A stretch of 64,000 bases of DNA from an uncultured Gemmataceae bacterium (GTDB lineage: Bacteria; Planctomycetota; Planctomycetia; Gemmatales; Gemmataceae). Both the position numbers and the translations under genes were made by a program. Shown here one piece after another: positions 60,095 to 64,000 of this stretch; positions within the stretch are counted from its first letter, which is position 1, and the number at the start of each line of letters is the position of its first letter. The notes below the pieces were generated by a model that saw nothing but the letters and a program-made list of their open reading frames with translations, was not told the origin of the DNA and did not search any database. The DNA lies in contig CAVVPN010000011.1 of the NCBI GenBank assembly GCA_963750165.1, forward strand, positions 224,001 to 288,000, written 5' to 3'.

Positions 60095-61555
60095 ATGACT
60101 GTCACGGACGCTGACATCTTACCGCCCATCCGCACGAAGATCGTGGCCACGGTCGGCCCGGCCTCGCGGGAGCGGACGGTGTTGCGCCGGCTACTCGATG
60201 CCGGCGTCAACGTGTTCCGGCTCAACTTCTCCCACGGCACCCACGAAGAGCACTCCGAGGTGCTCGCCGACCTGCGGACGCTGAGCCGGGAGTCCGGCCG
60301 GCACGTCGCCGTCCTGCAGGATCTGTGCGGCCCCAAGCTGCGGCTCGGACTGATCCCCGGCGACCTGGTGGAGTGTCCGCTGGGTGAGGAATTCAGCCTG
60401 GTCACCGACCGATCCCAGGACGGCGCCCGCGAGTTGACCTGCTCGTACCGCGAACTGCCCAACGACCTCAAGCCGGGCGAAACGATCCTGTTCGCCGACG
60501 GCACCGTGGCCATGACGGTGACCGCGGTTGGGCCGGGCCGGGCGCGGTTACAGGTGACGCTGCCCGGCCGGCTGCGGTCGCGGCAGGGGTTGAACCTGCC
60601 CGGCTCCGAACTGGCCGTGAAGTCGCTGACCGACAAGGATCTGCTCGATCTCGACTGGACCGCACGCCACGCCGAGGACGTGCAGTACGTGGGGCTGTCG
60701 TTCGTGCGCGACGCGGAGGACGTGGCCTGGCTGCGCCGCGAGCTGACGGCGCGGGCGTGTCCGGCGCGGGTCGTCGTCAAGATCGAGAAGCCGCAGGCGG
60801 TGGAGCACCTGACGGCGATCCTGGCCGCGACCGACGGCGCCATGGTGGCGCACGGCGACCTGGGCGTGGAGATGGACGTGCAGCGCGTGCCGGCCATTCA
60901 GAAGCGCGTCATCGCGCTGTGCAACCAGACGCACCGGCCGGTCATCACGGCGACGCAGATGCTCAACAGCATGGAGCACTCCAGCCGGCCGACCCGGGCC
61001 GAGGCCAGCGACGTCTTCAACGCCGTGCTCGACGGCACCGATGCGGTGATGCTTTCCGGCGAGAGCGCCGTCGGCGAATACCCGGTCGAGGCGGTGGCGA
61101 CCATGCGGCACATCTGCGCCGAGGCCGAGGCGTACCTGAAGGCGAACGGCCCGGCGGCGCGGCGCGTGTCGGCGTCGTTGTCCGGGCTGGTGCAGCCGAT
61201 CACCGAGGCCACGGTGGACGCCGCCTGCCTGGCGGCGGAGCGGCTGGACGCGCCGCTAATCGTGGTCGCCACCGAATCGGGACGCACGGCCCTGGCGCTG
61301 AGCAACCGCCGGCCCGCGGCGACGGTCCTGGCCCTGACGCGCACCGAACGGGTCGCTCGCCTGCTGGCGCTGTGCTGGGGGGTGACGCCGGTGGTGGCGC
61401 CGGACACGTCCGGGGCCGAGCAGGAGCTGGCCTTCGCCATCGACTGGGCGCGGGCGCGTGGGCTGGTCCACCCGGGGCAGCATGTGGTGCTGCTGCGCGG
61501 CGCCATGCCCGGACACGCCCGGAGCCGGGCCGTGCTGGCACGCGAGGTGGGCTGA
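60095..61555 (+). CDS. pyk: Pyruvate kinase
   Basis: TKIVATVGP, RLNFSHG, KIE, ATQML, PTRAEASDVFNAVLDG, MLSGES. Confidence 0.96.
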   Translation: MTVTDADILPPIRTKIVATVGPASRERTVLRRLLDAGVNVFRLNFSHGTHEEHSEVLADLRTLSRESGRHVAVLQDLCGPKLRLGLIPGDLVECPLGEEFSLVTDRSQDGARELTCSYRELPNDLKPGETILFADGTVAMTVTAVGPGRARLQVTLPGRLRSRQGLNLPGSELAVKSLTDKDLLDLDWTARHAEDVQYVGLSFVRDAEDVAWLRRELTARACPARVVVKIEKPQAVEHLTAILAATDGAMVAHGDLGVEMDVQRVPAIQKRVIALCNQTHRPVITATQMLNSMEHSSRPTRAEASDVFNAVLDGTDAVMLSGESAVGEYPVEAVATMRHICAEAEAYLKANGPAARRVSASLSGLVQPITEATVDAACLAAERLDAPLIVVATESGRTALALSNRRPAATVLALTRTERVARLLALCWGVTPVVAPDTSGAEQELAFAIDWARARGLVHPGQHVVLLRGAMPGHARSRAVLAREVG

Positions 61556-61807
61556 CGGAGCGTGCCTGCCGCGCCGTTTCAAGCGAGCGTTGCGGTTGTG
61601 CGCCCCCCATCTGCCCAAATGTGACAACCAGCGGCGCTACCTGGCGCACTACACCCCGCGGCAGCGCTCCAGTGCGACATTGTGCTGAGGTTGCCCGGCA
61701 AGCAGTGTTCGGGCGCGCCGCATCCTGGCGATCAGGTCAGTCGCGCTGCTTCAGCCGACGCAAGGCGGCTCTGGAGCGGTTCGCAGACGACTGTAGCGGT
61801 CGTGTCT

Positions 61808-61951
61808 TTCGCCCCGAAGGGGCGGGACCACTTAGCCCCGGGCAACGCCCTGGGAACCAGGGAGGCGACTGTTACCCTGCTTTCTTCCGTGCCCCGAAGG
61901 CGTCCCCAGGGCGTTGCCCTGGGCTGAGTTGTCCCGCCCCTTCGGGGCGAA
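61808..61951. repeat. REPIN-like long inverted repeat
   Basis: 47-bp arms TTCGCCCCGAAGGGGC...GGCAACGCCCTGGG (61808-61854) and inverse (61905-61951). Confidence 0.85.
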
Positions 61952-62211
61952 GAACCCGCGACACCCGAACGCGACGTGTGAAAAAGTTGGCCCCCTTGGC
62001 AGTCTTGGCTCCCTTGCTCTGACAGCCGGCGTCACCGGGTGACGCGCCGTGCCGACAAAGGATGCAAATCTCGACCTATAAAAATGTTGGCGTTCTTGGC
62101 GTCCTTGGTTTGCAGCCCCCGGCCACTCGATGACCGCCATTGCCAACCGTCGCGCGGCAGTCCGCCGCCGCGACGCCTCCGCGCGGCGCTGGCACGGAAC
62201 CCTCGGATCGG

Positions 62212-62247
62212 GGTTCGTCGTTCCGCCTGCAGGCGGAACGACGAACC
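62212..62247. repeat. Perfect 36-bp palindrome related to the outer REP at 45180
   Basis: GGTTCGTCGTTCCGCCTGCAGGCGGAACGACGAACC. Confidence 0.85.
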
Positions 62248-62277
62248 AGGACAGCAACCGCTGCTGGTTCGATTCCG

Positions 62278-63363
62278 TCAATTCTTCAACTCAAAGCGCA
62301 GCACGACCGCGTTGGCAGTGCCGACCAGCAGCGCTCGGCCGTCCGGCGTAAAGGTCACGCAGCGGGGGCAGTCGCTGCACTGGCCCAGCTCAATCCGGTC
62401 GTCCGGCTGACCCTCGCCCAGGCCCCACAGTCGCACGGTCAGGTCATCGCTGACCGACGCCGCCCACTTGCCGTCCGGCGAGAAGCACACGCCCGTGATC
62501 CAGTTGCTGTGGCCGCGCAAGGTGCGCAACTCCCGGGCGCCGGCCACGTCCCAGAGCTTGACCGTCTGGTCCTGGCTGCCCGACAGGGCGAACTTGCCGT
62601 CCGCCGACAGTGCCACACAGGTCACCTCCCGGGAGTGGCCCTTCAGCACGCGCGCCTCCGCCTTGTCCCCTGCTTGCCATAGTTCCAGTCGGCCGCCTTC
62701 GTTGCCGGTAACCACCAGGCGACCGTCCGCCGCCAGCGCCAGCCCGGTCACGGCATACGGGCTCTGTATGACCTCCCCCGGCCTGTCGGCGTCCGTTTGC
62801 CAGTGTCGCACGGAGCCGTCGGCGCCGGCCGAGACGAACCGGCCCTCCGTCGCGAACGCCACACCCGTCACCGTGCCGGTGTGCCCCGTGAACGTTTTCA
62901 ACTCCTTGCCGGTGGCGGCATCCCACAGCTTGACGGTCTTGTCGGCACTGCCGCTGAGCAGGGACTTGCCGTCCGCCGACAGCGCCAGACAGGTGACGGC
63001 CTCGGTGTGGCCGCGGAGCGTCTGCACGACCTTGCCGGAGGTGGCGTCCCAGCGCTTGAGCGAGTGGTCGGCACCGGCGGTGAAGAACGTTTGGCCGACG
63101 GCAACCACGGCCGTCACCGCGCCCCCGGCGTTTGCTGCCGGGAAGTCGTCGGGGTCGTCCAGTTGGGGCGTGCCGTAGACGCCCGTCAGGCGGGTGTGGT
63201 CGGTCTCGAAGACGGGCCGATAAACCTCCGGCCGCTCCAGCGCGGGCTGAAGCCGACGGATGACGAACCAGATCACGACGCAAACGCTCACCAGGGCCAG
63301 CAGGCCCACCACCGTCTTCCACGGGAACAGGCCCGGCCTGTCCTGCGCAGTGTTCGTGCTCAT
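62278..63363 (-). CDS. WD40-repeat protein with N-terminal TM anchor
   Basis: Repeated GH...SGS.D.TVKLWD. Confidence 0.93.
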   Translation of the reverse strand: MSTNTAQDRPGLFPWKTVVGLLALVSVCVVIWFVIRRLQPALERPEVYRPVFETDHTRLTGVYGTPQLDDPDDFPAANAGGAVTAVVAVGQTFFTAGADHSLKRWDATSGKVVQTLRGHTEAVTCLALSADGKSLLSGSADKTVKLWDAATGKELKTFTGHTGTVTGVAFATEGRFVSAGADGSVRHWQTDADRPGEVIQSPYAVTGLALAADGRLVVTGNEGGRLELWQAGDKAEARVLKGHSREVTCVALSADGKFALSGSQDQTVKLWDVAGARELRTLRGHSNWITGVCFSPDGKWAASVSDDLTVRLWGLGEGQPDDRIELGQCSDCPRCVTFTPDGRALLVGTANAVVLRFELKN

Positions 63364-63400
63364 GCTGCACACCCCGGAAAAGAGCGCGTTGGGGGACGCT

Positions 63401-64000
63401 TCACTTCGCCACGTCCGTCAGTTCGACGCGCAGGGCCACCCAGCCGGCGGTGCCGAGCAGTAGCGCCCGACCGTCCGCCGTGAAGTCCACACAGCGGCCG
63501 CAGTCCGTACACCGGCCCAGGTCGAACTGCGCCAGTTCCTTGCCGGCCGTCAGGTCCCACAGCCGCACGGTCAGGTCGTCGCTCACCGATGCCGCCCGCT
63601 TGCCGTTCGGCGAAAAACGCACAGCGGTTACCCAGTTCTTGTGGCCCGTCAGCGTCTTGACCGCCCTGGCCGCCGCCACGTCCCACAACTTGACCGTTCC
63701 GTCCTGGCTGCCTGACAGCGCGTACTTGCCGTCCGCCGACAGTGCCACGCACAGCACCTCGCGCTTGTGGCCTTCCAGCACCTGCGGCTCCTCGTCGCCG
63801 GCCTTCTGCGTCAGATCCCAGACCTTCAGCGTGTGATCCTCACTGGCGCTGATCGCCAGCTTGCCGTCCGCCGCCAGCGCCACGCCGGTGACGCCCTGGG
63901 AGTGTCCTTCCAGCGTCCGCAGCTCCTTGCCCGAGGCCACGTCCCAGACGCGCGTTGTACGGTCGCCGCTGCCCGTGATCGCCAGCTTGCCGTCCTTTGA
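63401..64000 (-). CDS. WD40-repeat protein, start beyond the window, paralogue of the downstream gene
   Basis: GH...WD repeats; shared C-terminal CxDCxRC..F..DGRALL.GTA. Confidence 0.93.
   Translation of the reverse strand, partial: SKDGKLAITGSGDRTTRVWDVASGKELRTLEGHSQGVTGVALAADGKLAISASEDHTLKVWDLTQKAGDEEPQVLEGHKREVLCVALSADGKYALSGSQDGTVKLWDVAAARAVKTLTGHKNWVTAVRFSPNGKRAASVSDDLTVRLWDLTAGKELAQFDLGRCTDCGRCVDFTADGRALLLGTAGWVALRVELTDVAK

Noticed and set aside
62142..62154. 13-bp match GCCAACCGTCGCG to 632-644
   Set aside because: Matches this short are expected by chance in 64 kb of GC-rich DNA and flanks do not extend.

Overview
GC-rich bacterial chromosome window, most likely a planctomycete (Gemmataceae-like, inferred from DUF1549/DUF1553-DUF1501, LEDR-type export motif, PQQ and WD40 propellers). 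Bases 1-1686 are the right end of an element integrated at tRNA-Gln(TTG). It carries a divergent XRE repressor switch with two operators, a structured leader, a SWIM zinc-finger gene and a Tpt1/KptA/DarT-like ADP-ribosyltransferase ORF that is missing from the ORF track because it runs off the left edge. Beyond the tRNA fragment lies a decayed xis-integrase remnant. Housekeeping genes follow (infC-rpmI-rplT-pheS-pheT with a candidate attenuator before rpmI, smc, metK), together with planctomycete-type surface and signalling genes, an orphan Anbu, BlaI/BlaR, a six-gene kynurenine pathway cluster next to HutX, and a phosphoketolase/GH63/GH13/pyruvate kinase cluster. Intergenic DNA holds many REP-like palindromes of several families. 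About ten frameshifts, one in smc, suggest indel errors in the assembly. All calls come from reading the sequence by eye; no searches were run.
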